A stretch of DNA of 64,000 nucleotides from Trichormus sp. ATA11-4-KO1 (GTDB taxonomy: Bacteria > Cyanobacteriota > Cyanobacteriia > Cyanobacteriales > Nostocaceae). Below are positions 52,805 through 62,344 of this stretch, in pieces. The position numbers were made by a program, and so were the translations under genes. How positions within the stretch are numbered: position 1 is the first letter of the stretch; every line of letters begins with the position of its first letter. The stretch lies in NCBI GenBank assembly GCA_019358915.1, contig JAHHIM010000026.1, positions 1 through 64,000 on the forward strand. The letters run 5' to 3'. The notes below the pieces were generated by a model. That model did no database searches. It was given only the letters and a program-made list of their open reading frames with translations, and had not been told where the DNA came from.

Positions 52805-53398
52805 ATGAAGATTGTGCAAGAAGTTTCTTTAATTAGTATTGGGAGTTTTGAAGAATCAAATGATTGGTCTATCATTCGTGCTGAAATCCGTGATGCTATC
52901 TCTCTAATTGTGCATCCGCCTGGGACATCTGGCTTTACAATCAATCCAACAAGACATGGTAATGGTGTCAAGCCAATTAAAGAAGCCTGTATGATTGCAT
53001 TGAGAGATAGATTTGGATGGAAGTTGGAAACTCGCATCAACTATGCAACTAAATCACCGGGAAAAATCGATGCAACAAAGGTAATTGATGATTATCTTTT
53101 CGCACTTGAGTGGGAAACAGGCAATATTTCCTCAAGCCATCGAGCAGTCAATAAAATGGTTCTCGGATTACTACGTGGTGTTTTTCTTGGTGCTGCTTTG
53201 GTACTCCCAAGCAGGAAACTTTACGCTTATTTAACGGATAGAATTGGTAACTACGAAGAATTAGAGCCATACTTTGATGTCTGGCGGGCAGTTCAGATTA
53301 CAGAGGGGTTTTTGGCAATCTTTGTAATTGAACATGATCAAGTGAATAGCAATGTACCAGCACTTACTAAAGGCACTGATGGTCGGGCCTTAATCTGA
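52805..53398 (+). CDS. Type II restriction endonuclease, BamHI/OkrAI family
   Basis: FTIN...NGVKPIKE, ID...EWETGNISSSHRAVNK, YLTDRIGNYEELEPYF, NSNVP..KGTDG match BamHI blocks recalled from memory. Confidence 0.9.
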   Translation: MKIVQEVSLISIGSFEESNDWSIIRAEIRDAISLIVHPPGTSGFTINPTRHGNGVKPIKEACMIALRDRFGWKLETRINYATKSPGKIDATKVIDDYLFALEWETGNISSSHRAVNKMVLGLLRGVFLGAALVLPSRKLYAYLTDRIGNYEELEPYFDVWRAVQITEGFLAIFVIEHDQVNSNVPALTKGTDGRALI

Positions 53399-53415
53399 GT
53401 TTCTTGCTTGCATAG

Positions 53416-54420
53416 CTATGTAGAGAAAGGAATTGGCATTTGTGACGACGCAGTTTTTTGTCGCTGCTTCAATTTTTTATTTCCTCTTGCTGATTCCCAT
53501 TCTTCTATGATTCCATTGGCTAGGTCAATCAATCGTTCTACGGCTGGATCTGTATCCCCAATTTCTGAACCAATCCAGTAACGTTTAAGCTTTTGGGCTG
53601 CATAAAATGTAGTACCAGAACCTCCAAACGGATCTACCACAACTTGTCCAGGATTAGATGCCATTGCAATGATTCGTTCCAGCATAATGGGAGCCAGTTC
53701 GTTGGGAACTCGTTTTTTGTGACGACGATGCCGAACTGGTGGAATGTCAGTCCACATTTCCTCTGTCAATGTCCATAAAATCTCAGTAGTAGAGTCGGCT
53801 TCAGAAGCATCTTCCCAAACATCTTCTGGAGCATCCCAAACATCCATTAAGTTAATACCCTGCTGGTTGAGTTTTTTACGATGTCCACCATAGTCACGGA
53901 TTTCTCCACCGCAATGGCGGCAAACTTGAATGGGTGTGTAGACTTTGTTAAATACTGCTGGTTCTCCTTTGGTGTAATACAGTAGTCCATAGTGAGCCGG
54001 AGACATCTTTTTACCTCTGGGAAAAGCTTTCGGCATTCTGCAAGCAATCCAATGCCGGAAGCTCATACCTTGTCGATTGAGGTATGCACCATACTCTATG
54101 CACCATTTGGGTAAGTTGAATATAAATAAACTGCCGCCAGGTTTAAGGACTCGAATGCTCTCACTAAGCCACTGTTGCGACCATATTAAATATTGATCCG
54201 CCTCCATGCGATCGCTTATACCTTCACCATATTCCTTACCAAGATTAAAAGGTGGGTCAGCAAATACGAGATCTACGGACTCATTAGGCAATGCTGACAA
54301 AAGTTGAAGACAATCTCCCTGATAGAGAATTCCATACTCACTCTTGTACACCTGTTGCAATCCTTGTTGAGTGGCAACATCAGTTGCAATCAGTTGAAAG
54401 GGGAGCATTGGTTTAACCAT
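53416..54420 (-). CDS. Beta-class amino (N4-C/N6-A) DNA methyltransferase, M.BamHI-like
   Basis: FADPPFN precedes DPFGGSGTT; start placed at ATG 54420 because a promoter overlaps the TTG at 54462. Confidence 0.9.
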   Translation of the reverse strand: MVKPMLPFQLIATDVATQQGLQQVYKSEYGILYQGDCLQLLSALPNESVDLVFADPPFNLGKEYGEGISDRMEADQYLIWSQQWLSESIRVLKPGGSLFIFNLPKWCIEYGAYLNRQGMSFRHWIACRMPKAFPRGKKMSPAHYGLLYYTKGEPAVFNKVYTPIQVCRHCGGEIRDYGGHRKKLNQQGINLMDVWDAPEDVWEDASEADSTTEILWTLTEEMWTDIPPVRHRRHKKRVPNELAPIMLERIIAMASNPGQVVVDPFGGSGTTFYAAQKLKRYWIGSEIGDTDPAVERLIDLANGIIEEWESARGNKKLKQRQKTASSQMPIPFST

Positions 54421-54440
54421 TAGTACGTTTGTATAGCTTA

Positions 54441-54476
54441 AGTTTAAAAACTCTCTTGTCAATTGTCAAGAGAGTT
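54441..54476 (-). promoter_or_regulatory. Sigma70-type promoter of the methylase gene with overlapping palindrome
   Basis: Minus strand TTGACA (54469-54464), 17 nt, TAAACT (54446-54441); 28-bp near-palindrome AACTCTCTTGTCAATTGTCAAGAGAGTT covers the -35. Confidence 0.65.
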
Positions 54477-54701
54477 GATTTGAGTCTTGCTACTACGGGG
54501 TTGATAAGGCTTTCCCATAGGCTGGCTTGTATATCTATTTACTTCTATCGCTTCTATGTAGTAATAGCGCCCAAGTTTGCGAGCTATGATCTGACCATTC
54601 TTAATTAACTCGTGTACTCGCTGACGGGTTACACCAAGTAACTGAGCAGTTTGAGCTACCGAGAGTAATTCAGAACTGTTGTTAGAAGCAGAGTATGTCA
54701 T
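54459..54701 (-). CDS. HTH_17/excisionase-like DNA-binding protein, putative R-M controller
   Basis: LLSVAQTAQLLGVTRQRVHELIKNGQIIARKLG. Confidence 0.85.
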   Translation of the reverse strand: MTYSASNNSSELLSVAQTAQLLGVTRQRVHELIKNGQIIARKLGRYYYIEAIEVNRYTSQPMGKPYQPRSSKTQINSLDN

Positions 54702-54853
54702 GTATGTAGTCTAAAATTACGGAATTCCTCTCTACATCATTATTCTATGTAAATCAATGAGCAGGCGATCGCCTTGCCATCTGTGAGGCTTTTGGGATAA
54801 GTAACTGGTAAGCGATCGCACCTCCTTATTCTTACCAACAGGCAACTTTTAAA

Positions 54854-55936
54854 TTATTTAACAACCATGCTTTTAAAAAAGTATTCTCCTAACTTTAGTA
54901 GTAAGGGAATAAGTGGTGTAACTACAGATAGTAAGTATTGCCGCAAGGTTGTGACATCAAAAGGCCACACAGGAAATTCATTGGTTAAAGTGTAGAGAGA
55001 GCGCAACTCTTGTAGCTTGGCAGCTTCTTTCTTTAAATTTTCTGCATCATTACTTAAGCTTGTGTGAACACGAACATAATCAGCTTGAAACTGCTTGGCA
55101 ATTGCACTCAGTAACTCTTCTTTAGCTTTTCTCATACCTCTGCGGGCAGCCAGAAGAGGGCCGAAAAAGCAGATTAACGAGATAGGAATATAAAGTAGAA
55201 TAATGAAATTAAAATACCAGTACTGTTGCGCTATCCCTTGAGAAATAAATTGATACCTACCAAGGGTAATCATTGTGCCAGCGATCGCCGCCAGGTAAGC
55301 TGTATTTAGTGAATATTGGCTCAACGGACTCAATCCACCACAGCGATCAGGATGAAGTGGATTAATGTTAAGTTGCTTATTACCCAAGAGTTCATGCAGT
55401 ACCCAAACATTAGTTATTAGAGTTAAGACTAATATAGTTCCTACGTAAAATATGGCAAAAGCGTTAATTGCACCTGTCAGTGCCGGAATGCCATTATCAG
55501 ATCCTGTCCAGTTATAAACATTTTGCTGTACGGTGAAATACCAGATAGCAAAAGCCGCTCCTGTTGCCAACGCCAAAAATTGCCGCCATGATTTTTGGTA
55601 AGGAGATAATACCAAGTTAATCTCTGCTTCGGAAGTTTCAACAATATCTGATTGATCGAGGTACTGAATTAAGCGGTAAATTCCCTTAAATGACCACAGG
55701 TAGTAGCCAAAGATGACTGGATTGAGCAAACATATCCACACCCAAGCGAACCAATCTTGTAGTAATCCTAACTGCGAACCTTTTAATATCAAAGTCTTAG
55801 TTAACACAGCAACAAGCAGGTAAAGACCAGATGTGATGACGATTGAGAGCATTCCTAAACTAACAGGTGTCAAATGACATTTATCAATGAGCCAACGGGC
55901 TAATGGATCAGCGCGATAAAAGTCTTGCTCTTGCAT
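54854..55936 (-). CDS. Hypothetical multi-TM membrane protein
   Basis: 360 aa, about 7 hydrophobic segments, motifs PLHPDRCGGL and PVWPF. Confidence 0.75.
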   Translation of the reverse strand: MQEQDFYRADPLARWLIDKCHLTPVSLGMLSIVITSGLYLLVAVLTKTLILKGSQLGLLQDWFAWVWICLLNPVIFGYYLWSFKGIYRLIQYLDQSDIVETSEAEINLVLSPYQKSWRQFLALATGAAFAIWYFTVQQNVYNWTGSDNGIPALTGAINAFAIFYVGTILVLTLITNVWVLHELLGNKQLNINPLHPDRCGGLSPLSQYSLNTAYLAAIAGTMITLGRYQFISQGIAQQYWYFNFIILLYIPISLICFFGPLLAARRGMRKAKEELLSAIAKQFQADYVRVHTSLSNDAENLKKEAAKLQELRSLYTLTNEFPVWPFDVTTLRQYLLSVVTPLIPLLLKLGEYFFKSMVVK

Positions 55937-56058
55937 ATTCTTAATGAAAAATAATCTGTTATTATCTCAGACTTTTTGTCATTTATTGCTAATAAAATAA
56001 TTACGTTTAGGGACTTCCAAATAAAAAATACCCAACAACCTAATCATCGGTGTATATG

Positions 56059-56142
56059 TATAGCAATCCTATTTGATCAGATCCCCGACTTCTCGTAGAA
56101 GTCGGGGATCTTTTTGTTCGTGACTTATTTAGGATTGCTATA
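56059..56142. mobile_element. 84-bp MITE with TA ends
   Basis: TATAGCAATCCTA / TAGGATTGCTATA perfect TIRs; internal hairpin AGATCCCCGACTTCT-CGT-AGAAGTCGGGGATCT. Confidence 0.82.
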
Positions 56143-56446
56143 GCGATGAAGAGTTAAGTGAGGTACAGAACTAATGTTTTTCAACGCAGAGGGACGCTAA
56201 GGTAGCGCAGAGTTACGCAAAGATTGCCCAATTTTGTTAGCGATGTACTTAGTACTTCAGCAGATTAGGAAACGCTATATTTACTCGCTTTTATTCAAGT
56301 AATTGGGCAATAGTAATTTTTGTGGCAAACTCATTTTTACACCAGGCGTTAGTTCTCCATCACGCATGGTGGTATCAACAATTATTACTCTGGTCATGAG
56401 TTAATATTCTCCCCATTAGCTCAAACAGCTAAATGGGAATTAATCC

Positions 56447-58534
56447 TTAATTCGATGCTGACTGGTAGCTTTCTTGATAAATTATTTCCTGAAATTGAAT
56501 CATATCTTTTTGCGGGTCAGCGTGGCTAACTTTCACTAATATCTGTTCACCCAATCCCACCGAACGTTTAAAAAACATTGGTAACTGTAAGCCCAAATCT
56601 TCTAACAAAATTAGTGCTAGGTTGCTGTCTTCCCGCAGCCACATTAAGACTGTAACATTCCAAACTTGGTCGGGATGACGGCGCAAATATTCTAGAGCAT
56701 AATATCTATTAGTTTGCCGTTCCACCATTGTGACTTCTTGGGTGGTAGAGGTGACTGTCATCATCACTTCTTTCAGTTGTTCTGCTGAGAAAGGTAGAAC
56801 TTCACCCCGCAAGTGAGCTTTTAACTGAAAGTGGGTAAGCAAGTCACTGTAACGGCGGATTGGAGAAGTAGCTTGAGTGTATGTATTTAAGCCCAAACCA
56901 GCATGTCGTAAGGGGGTGATGCTCATTTCACTCTTGGGCATACAACGACGCATGGCACAGGCGCGCACAAAGCCGGCTGGTAGCAAAAGCAACTCTTCTT
57001 CCGGAGGTAATTCTGGCTGTGGTTGACCGCGAAAGGGCAAAGGTATGTTATGAGCTTGACCGTAGCGAGCTGCTACTTCACCAGCAAGTATCATCATCTC
57101 GGCTACCAATTGCCGAGATGATGAGTCATCTAAGATATCTATGTCGATTTCGTCGCCTTTAACCTTGATCATCGCTTCCGGCATATTAATGCTGATAGCG
57201 CCTTGATGATATCGCCAAGATTTGCGTTGCTTTGCCCAAGTGGCGATCGCTTCAATTTCTGGTTCCGCTTCCACCCCTAATTCCAGCATTTCATCTACAT
57301 CTTCGTAGGTGAGGCGATAAGTCGGTTTAATTAAGCTGGGATGAATGCAATACTCTTCTACTGCACCGCTTTCATCTAAAACTACCCCAAAACTTAAGGC
57401 ACAACAAACCTGTCCTTGTACCAAACTCATGGGGCCAGTTGCCAAGATTTCCGGGAACATGGGAACCATCCCAGTAGGTAAATAAACTGTACTTCCCCGT
57501 TTTCTGGCTTCTAGGTCTAACTCATCTTCTGGTACTAACCACCTGGTAGGATCGGCAATATGCACCCACACGCGCTCTCGCCCATCTGGAAGTAATTCCC
57601 AACTTAAGCCATCATCTATCTCAGTGGTACTTTCATCATCAATTGTGTAGACCTTCAAATGAGACAAATCTAGACGATTTGTGTCTGAGTCAGTTGGGGG
57701 AAAATCCAAACGTTGTTGCGCCACTTCTAATACCTTGCTAGGAAACTGAACCGAAATTCCAGAACGACGCAGGAACAAGTTTTCGTGGGCATCCCACCAA
57801 CCCAAATCCACCAATAATTTATGCGCTCCTTGGGGAGTTGCGTCCCGCCCCAGCATATTCATAGTTTCTAAAACTGGGGCTGGTGGAGGATAGGCACGCG
57901 CTAATGTATCATAATTTACTCCCATTCGCACAATATCAGCCAGCAGTGCTGCGTATTTTTCCAGTGCTTCTAATCGCTGGCGATCATGGCGTTGCCAATC
58001 CACGGCTTCACCCTGGAGGGCTTGCTCTACCCGAGCCAAAAATTCCTGCTGTCCCCTAGCTTTTAGTGCTTCTACTTCTATCTGATGTTTACGTTCTGCT
58101 ACTTGCGTTGCCGTTCGTGGTTCATAAGCGTCCCCTTTTTGCTTGAAATAGAGTTTGTCATCTGATAACAAGCAATGAGCAGCATAACAAGGAGCTGGAT
58201 CTGATTGCGAAAACAGCAGATTTGCCATTTGGGCTGGTGTGACTGTTTCTCCATCTTCAACCAGTAATTCCCAAGCCACCTCTAAGCTAGAAGGATCTAA
58301 ATAAGGTTTAACCTGCTCCTGAAAATTGGCAATATCAGAAGACTTGTAGGTTTGTCCGTTAACTGTATAGGTAATTTGTCTGGGGGCGAGGCTGTGGGAT
58401 TGACCACGTTCATCTACCACAAACCAACGGGTTTTACCATCTGGACGCTCTACTACACCCAGACGGCGTTGGCGTAGCCTATCCGCAGGATTGTCGCCTT
58501 GAACCCTAAATTCAACTAGCGTCCCCTTATCCAC
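56447..58534 (-). CDS. rnb: Ribonuclease II/R family exoribonuclease
   Basis: TIDDESTTEIDDGLS, VHIADP, TSPIRRYSDL; 8-aa repeat-derived insert near the N-terminus. Confidence 0.93.
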   Translation of the reverse strand: MDKGTLVEFRVQGDNPADRLRQRRLGVVERPDGKTRWFVVDERGQSHSLAPRQITYTVNGQTYKSSDIANFQEQVKPYLDPSSLEVAWELLVEDGETVTPAQMANLLFSQSDPAPCYAAHCLLSDDKLYFKQKGDAYEPRTATQVAERKHQIEVEALKARGQQEFLARVEQALQGEAVDWQRHDRQRLEALEKYAALLADIVRMGVNYDTLARAYPPPAPVLETMNMLGRDATPQGAHKLLVDLGWWDAHENLFLRRSGISVQFPSKVLEVAQQRLDFPPTDSDTNRLDLSHLKVYTIDDESTTEIDDGLSWELLPDGRERVWVHIADPTRWLVPEDELDLEARKRGSTVYLPTGMVPMFPEILATGPMSLVQGQVCCALSFGVVLDESGAVEEYCIHPSLIKPTYRLTYEDVDEMLELGVEAEPEIEAIATWAKQRKSWRYHQGAISINMPEAMIKVKGDEIDIDILDDSSSRQLVAEMMILAGEVAARYGQAHNIPLPFRGQPQPELPPEEELLLLPAGFVRACAMRRCMPKSEMSITPLRHAGLGLNTYTQATSPIRRYSDLLTHFQLKAHLRGEVLPFSAEQLKEVMMTVTSTTQEVTMVERQTNRYYALEYLRRHPDQVWNVTVLMWLREDSNLALILLEDLGLQLPMFFKRSVGLGEQILVKVSHADPQKDMIQFQEIIYQESYQSASN

Positions 58535-58629
58535 AACTCTCGCAATTATTTGGTGAACAGTTTAAATAGTTTAAGTTAAGAGTTAGGAGTTTTGATTCTG
58601 AACTCATCACTCATAACTCATGACTTTTC

Positions 58630-58845
58630 TTAAGCTTCCGCATTGATGAATGGCAATAGAGCCACAATCCGGGCACGTTTAATTGCTAATGTTAATTCTC
58701 GCTGTTGCTTACATGTCAGCCCAGTAATCCGACGAGGTAATATTTTGCCCCGCTCGGTAATAAACTTACGCAACAAATCAACATCTTTGTAGTCGATTGG
58801 CTCTCCTGGCTTAATTGGAGACAGACGACGACGATAATAACTCAT
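58630..58845 (-). CDS. rpsR: 30S ribosomal protein S18
   Basis: [26 protein letters not shown]. Confidence 0.98.
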   Translation of the reverse strand: MSYYRRRLSPIKPGEPIDYKDVDLLRKFITERGKILPRRITGLTCKQQRELTLAIKRARIVALLPFINAEA

Positions 58846-58847
58846 CT

Positions 58848-59042
58848 TTACTTAATTTCCTTGTGAACAGTGTGTTTGTTACAGTGGGTACAGAACTTTT
58901 TCAGTTCTAGGCGGTTAGTGGTATTGCGACGGTTTTTAGTGCTGGTGTATCGAGAAACACCAGGGGATCGCTTATCTGGATTAGTACGACACTCAGTACA
59001 TTCTAGTGTCACTATTATGCGGACACCTTTACTCTTAGCCAT
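58848..59042 (-). CDS. rpmG: 50S ribosomal protein L33
   Basis: LECTEC...[23 protein letters not shown]. Confidence 0.98.
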   Translation of the reverse strand: MAKSKGVRIIVTLECTECRTNPDKRSPGVSRYTSTKNRRNTTNRLELKKFCTHCNKHTVHKEIK

Positions 59043-59085
59043 AATCTTACAAACAGTAAAGCCTGAAGAGAATTAACACAAATTA

Positions 59086-59643
59086 CTATCTTCTCACATT
59101 CCGCAGCAATTTATCAACTAATCGCTTAATTTTTATATCTAGCGAGTAGCCCCGACGCGATGAAACTATGAAAGTTCCAGCATAACGGTCGTGCAAAGCC
59201 TGCCGCATCTGATTGTCAGACAAAGCAGCACCACAGTCAATTGCCAGGGGGAGTAGTAGCAGTATAGCAGTGAAATTAGCTCTGATATTGTTTAAGGCAA
59301 TTGACACCAAAAGCGCACCGAAACCAATTATAGCCTCTCGCTTCAGCAGCGATCGCAGGGTGGGAATTCTCCCTGATATTTGTCCATCGATGACTTCGAG
59401 AATCTTCAAATCAAAGGCCCAACGCCCGATACTTTGCCCTTGATTGTTGTAAACTATCACCACCCGCAAAATCAGCCAACAAAAGATAAAAACTAGGATT
59501 TGCACAAATTGGATACCGAGTTGATTACCGCCCAAAATAGAACTGATTAACCAAGCAGGTAGGAAATCCAGTCCTAATGCCATACCTCTTCGCCCAACAT
59601 CAGCCTTGGGATAGTGTACTTGCGGGACTCTTTCTATAGTCAT
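59086..59643 (-). CDS. RDD family protein
   Basis: RRGMALGLD, GQSIGRWAFDL, QALHDRYAGT. Confidence 0.88.
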   Translation of the reverse strand: MTIERVPQVHYPKADVGRRGMALGLDFLPAWLISSILGGNQLGIQFVQILVFIFCWLILRVVIVYNNQGQSIGRWAFDLKILEVIDGQISGRIPTLRSLLKREAIIGFGALLVSIALNNIRANFTAILLLLPLAIDCGAALSDNQMRQALHDRYAGTFIVSSRRGYSLDIKIKRLVDKLLRNVRR

Positions 59644-59870
59644 ACAAAATTAGGGGACAGGGGATAGGGGACAGGGGATAGATGTGTACTGATGTCTTGT
59701 GTAAAAATTAAATAGGAGTTTAAGGTTGGGGAATAATCATTGTTCCTATTTTTTATATTATTAGGGTTATGAATTATGAATGAGGCGCTAACCGCCCATA
59801 ACTGTGAGGTCACAGTAACCTCTCTAAATCATTGCTAGACTGACTTTGAAATGGTTTATAGGAAATTATA

Positions 59871-60236
59871 GTGCCAAAATCGAATCCGAATGACGTTTGT
59901 CAAGTGCGCTGCTTCAACGAGAAGTTGGTAAATCACGTCCGCGAAGAAATGCCGATGGACGAAGCCCTTGAAGAAACTAAAATACTCTTTACTGCTCTTG
60001 CTGACAAATCTCGGCTGAAAATACTTCATGCTTTGAAAGACGGCAAGGAAATGTGTGTTTGTGATCTTGCAGATGTCCTCAGTGTACAAGTATCTGTTGC
60101 ATCACATCATCTGCGCAAGCTTCGTGACCTTAAGGTACTTAAGTATAGGAATGATGGGAAACTTGTCTATTATTCGCTGCGGGATCAATTCGTAGGCAAG
60201 ATTTTGGATCTTGTATTACAGCAGATTGTCCATTAG
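59871..60236 (+). CDS. ArsR/SmtB (CadC-like) metalloregulator
   Basis: FTALADKSRLKIL, EMCVCDLA, SHHLRKL, N-terminal CQVRC. Confidence 0.92.
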   Translation: MPKSNPNDVCQVRCFNEKLVNHVREEMPMDEALEETKILFTALADKSRLKILHALKDGKEMCVCDLADVLSVQVSVASHHLRKLRDLKVLKYRNDGKLVYYSLRDQFVGKILDLVLQQIVH

Positions 60237-60298
60237 TCTTTTTTTACTTTAACATTATTATATTCTTTTGAATGTTGGAATGATTAAGGAACTAGGCA

Positions 60299-60919
60299 AT
60301 GTCTGATCACTGCTGCCAAAAAAAATCATGTGAACTAGAAAAAATGACCAAACGCCAGAGTAAAGTTTTGTGGATTGCTCTTGGTGTGAATGCTGTAATG
60401 TTCGTTGTGGAACTTGTTTCTGGAATTGAGTCCAAGTCCCTTTCTCTGACAGGAGACTCTCTTGATATGCTAGGAGATGCGATCGCTTATGGTAGCAGTC
60501 TCTACGTGATCAATAGAGGAACAAAATTACAAGCACAATCCGCACTGCTTAAAGGATGTATCATGTTTTTGTCGGCTATAGCAGTTTTTGCACGAGCTAC
60601 TTACCAGGCGTTTTTTCACACAACTCCTGAGTTGCAACTCATGAGTACAGTTGGGTTGATTGCCCTTAGTGCCAACTTGTTTTGTCTTTATCTTTTGGCG
60701 AGGCATAGGAATGACAATATCAATATGTCTTCTGTGTGGCTTTGTTCTCGTAACGATATCATTGCCAATATATCTGTACTTGCAGCTGCTGGACTGGTAT
60801 TTCTCACCGACTCATTTTGGCCGGATCTATTTATAGGACTTATGCTCACATTTATTTTTGCCAAGTCAGCAGGATTAGTCCTCTCTAGGTCTTGGAAAGA
60901 GATATGCTCTCTTGATTGA
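60299..60919 (+). CDS. Cation diffusion facilitator-like transporter (no C-terminal domain)
   Basis: SLSLTGDSLDMLGD and SVWLCSRND motifs; Cys-rich N-terminus (DHCCQKKSC). Confidence 0.85.
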   Translation: MSDHCCQKKSCELEKMTKRQSKVLWIALGVNAVMFVVELVSGIESKSLSLTGDSLDMLGDAIAYGSSLYVINRGTKLQAQSALLKGCIMFLSAIAVFARATYQAFFHTTPELQLMSTVGLIALSANLFCLYLLARHRNDNINMSSVWLCSRNDIIANISVLAAAGLVFLTDSFWPDLFIGLMLTFIFAKSAGLVLSRSWKEICSLD

Positions 60920-60953
60920 GTGATCAGTTTTACTTTATTCGGAGTCATTCGCT

Positions 60954-62267
60954 ATGCTATCAGTCAGCGAGGCTGAAGCAATTATTTTAAATTTAGTGCC
61001 ACCGTTGGCTGATCAACGGGATATAGAAATTGTCGATTTATTAGCCGCAGATCATCGCATTTTGGCAGATCCCGTCACCAGCCAATTGGACTTTCCCCAT
61101 TGGGATAATTCAGCAATGGATGGCTATGCGGTACGTTATGAAGATGTGCAGCACTCCCACAATGCACAACCAACCGTTTTAGAAATTGTTGAAGAAATTC
61201 CCGCAGGATATCAACCCCAATCGACACTGCAATCAGGACAAGCAGCGCGGATTTTCACAGGTGCGGTAATGCCAGCCGGGGCGGATACTGTAGTGATGCA
61301 GGAAAAAACACGCCGGGAAGAGAACCGCGTATTTATCTTGGCTGCGCCACAACCCCAAGAATTTGTCAGACACCAAGCCGCATTTTACCAAGCTGGAAAA
61401 CAACTATTACCAGCAGGAATTAAATTAAATCCTCCAGAAATTGCCGTTTTAGCTGCGGCGCAGTGTACTCAATTAAGTGTTTACCGTCGTCCCCGTGTGG
61501 CAATTTTTTCGAGTGGTGATGAATTAGTCACACCAGATAAACCCCTGCAACCAGGTCAAATTGTCGATTCCAATCAATATGCTTTAGCGGCTTTAGTCAG
61601 AGAAACTGGGGCAGAACCGTTACTATTAGGTATTATCAAAGATAACCCAGAAGCTCTCAGAGAAGCGATCGCCTACGCCATAGCTAATGCTGATCTAGTT
61701 TTATCCTCCGGTGGCGTGTCTGTGGGAGATTATGACTATATTGACCAAATCCTCGAATCTCTGGGAGCAAAAATTCACATCCGATCTGTAGCTATCAGTC
61801 CAGGTAAACCCCTGACTGTTGCTACTTTTCCCCCACAGGCTAGAAGCCTGGGGCTACAAAAACAAAGCCTACCTGCGCGGGCTAATGTAACTCAAAACTC
61901 AGCACTCAGCACTCAGCACTCAGCACTTTACTTTGGTTTACCGGGAAATCCTGTTTCGGCTTTGGTGACTTTCTGGCGATTTGTCCAACCAGCAATTAAG
62001 AAACTTTCGGGTTTGGCGGCAGGTTGGGAGCCTGTATTTATCAAAGCGCGATCGCATGATGAGTTACGATCTAATGGCAAGCGTGAAACTTACCTTTGGG
62101 GATGCTTGCATTTAATTGATGGAGTTTACGAATTTCACAAAGCTGGTGGTAGTCACAGTTCCGGTAATTTAATTAATTTAGCGCAAACTAATGCCTTAGC
62201 TGTTCTGCCAGTGGGTAAAACAGTTATTTCTCCACAAGAAGAAGTGCAAGTTTTACAGGTTGGGTGA
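60954..62267 (+). CDS. moeA: Molybdopterin molybdotransferase (gephyrin-like)
   Basis: NSAMDGYA, SSGDEL, SGGVSVGDYD, PGKP, GLPGNPVS. Confidence 0.95.
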   Translation: MLSVSEAEAIILNLVPPLADQRDIEIVDLLAADHRILADPVTSQLDFPHWDNSAMDGYAVRYEDVQHSHNAQPTVLEIVEEIPAGYQPQSTLQSGQAARIFTGAVMPAGADTVVMQEKTRREENRVFILAAPQPQEFVRHQAAFYQAGKQLLPAGIKLNPPEIAVLAAAQCTQLSVYRRPRVAIFSSGDELVTPDKPLQPGQIVDSNQYALAALVRETGAEPLLLGIIKDNPEALREAIAYAIANADLVLSSGGVSVGDYDYIDQILESLGAKIHIRSVAISPGKPLTVATFPPQARSLGLQKQSLPARANVTQNSALSTQHSALYFGLPGNPVSALVTFWRFVQPAIKKLSGLAAGWEPVFIKARSHDELRSNGKRETYLWGCLHLIDGVYEFHKAGGSHSSGNLINLAQTNALAVLPVGKTVISPQEEVQVLQVG

Positions 62268-62344
62268 AGAAGGCAGGGACAAGGGGACAAGGGGCAGGGG
62301 GGATAAGTATCTTTACTCAGCACTCCCCTTCGACTTCGTTCAGG

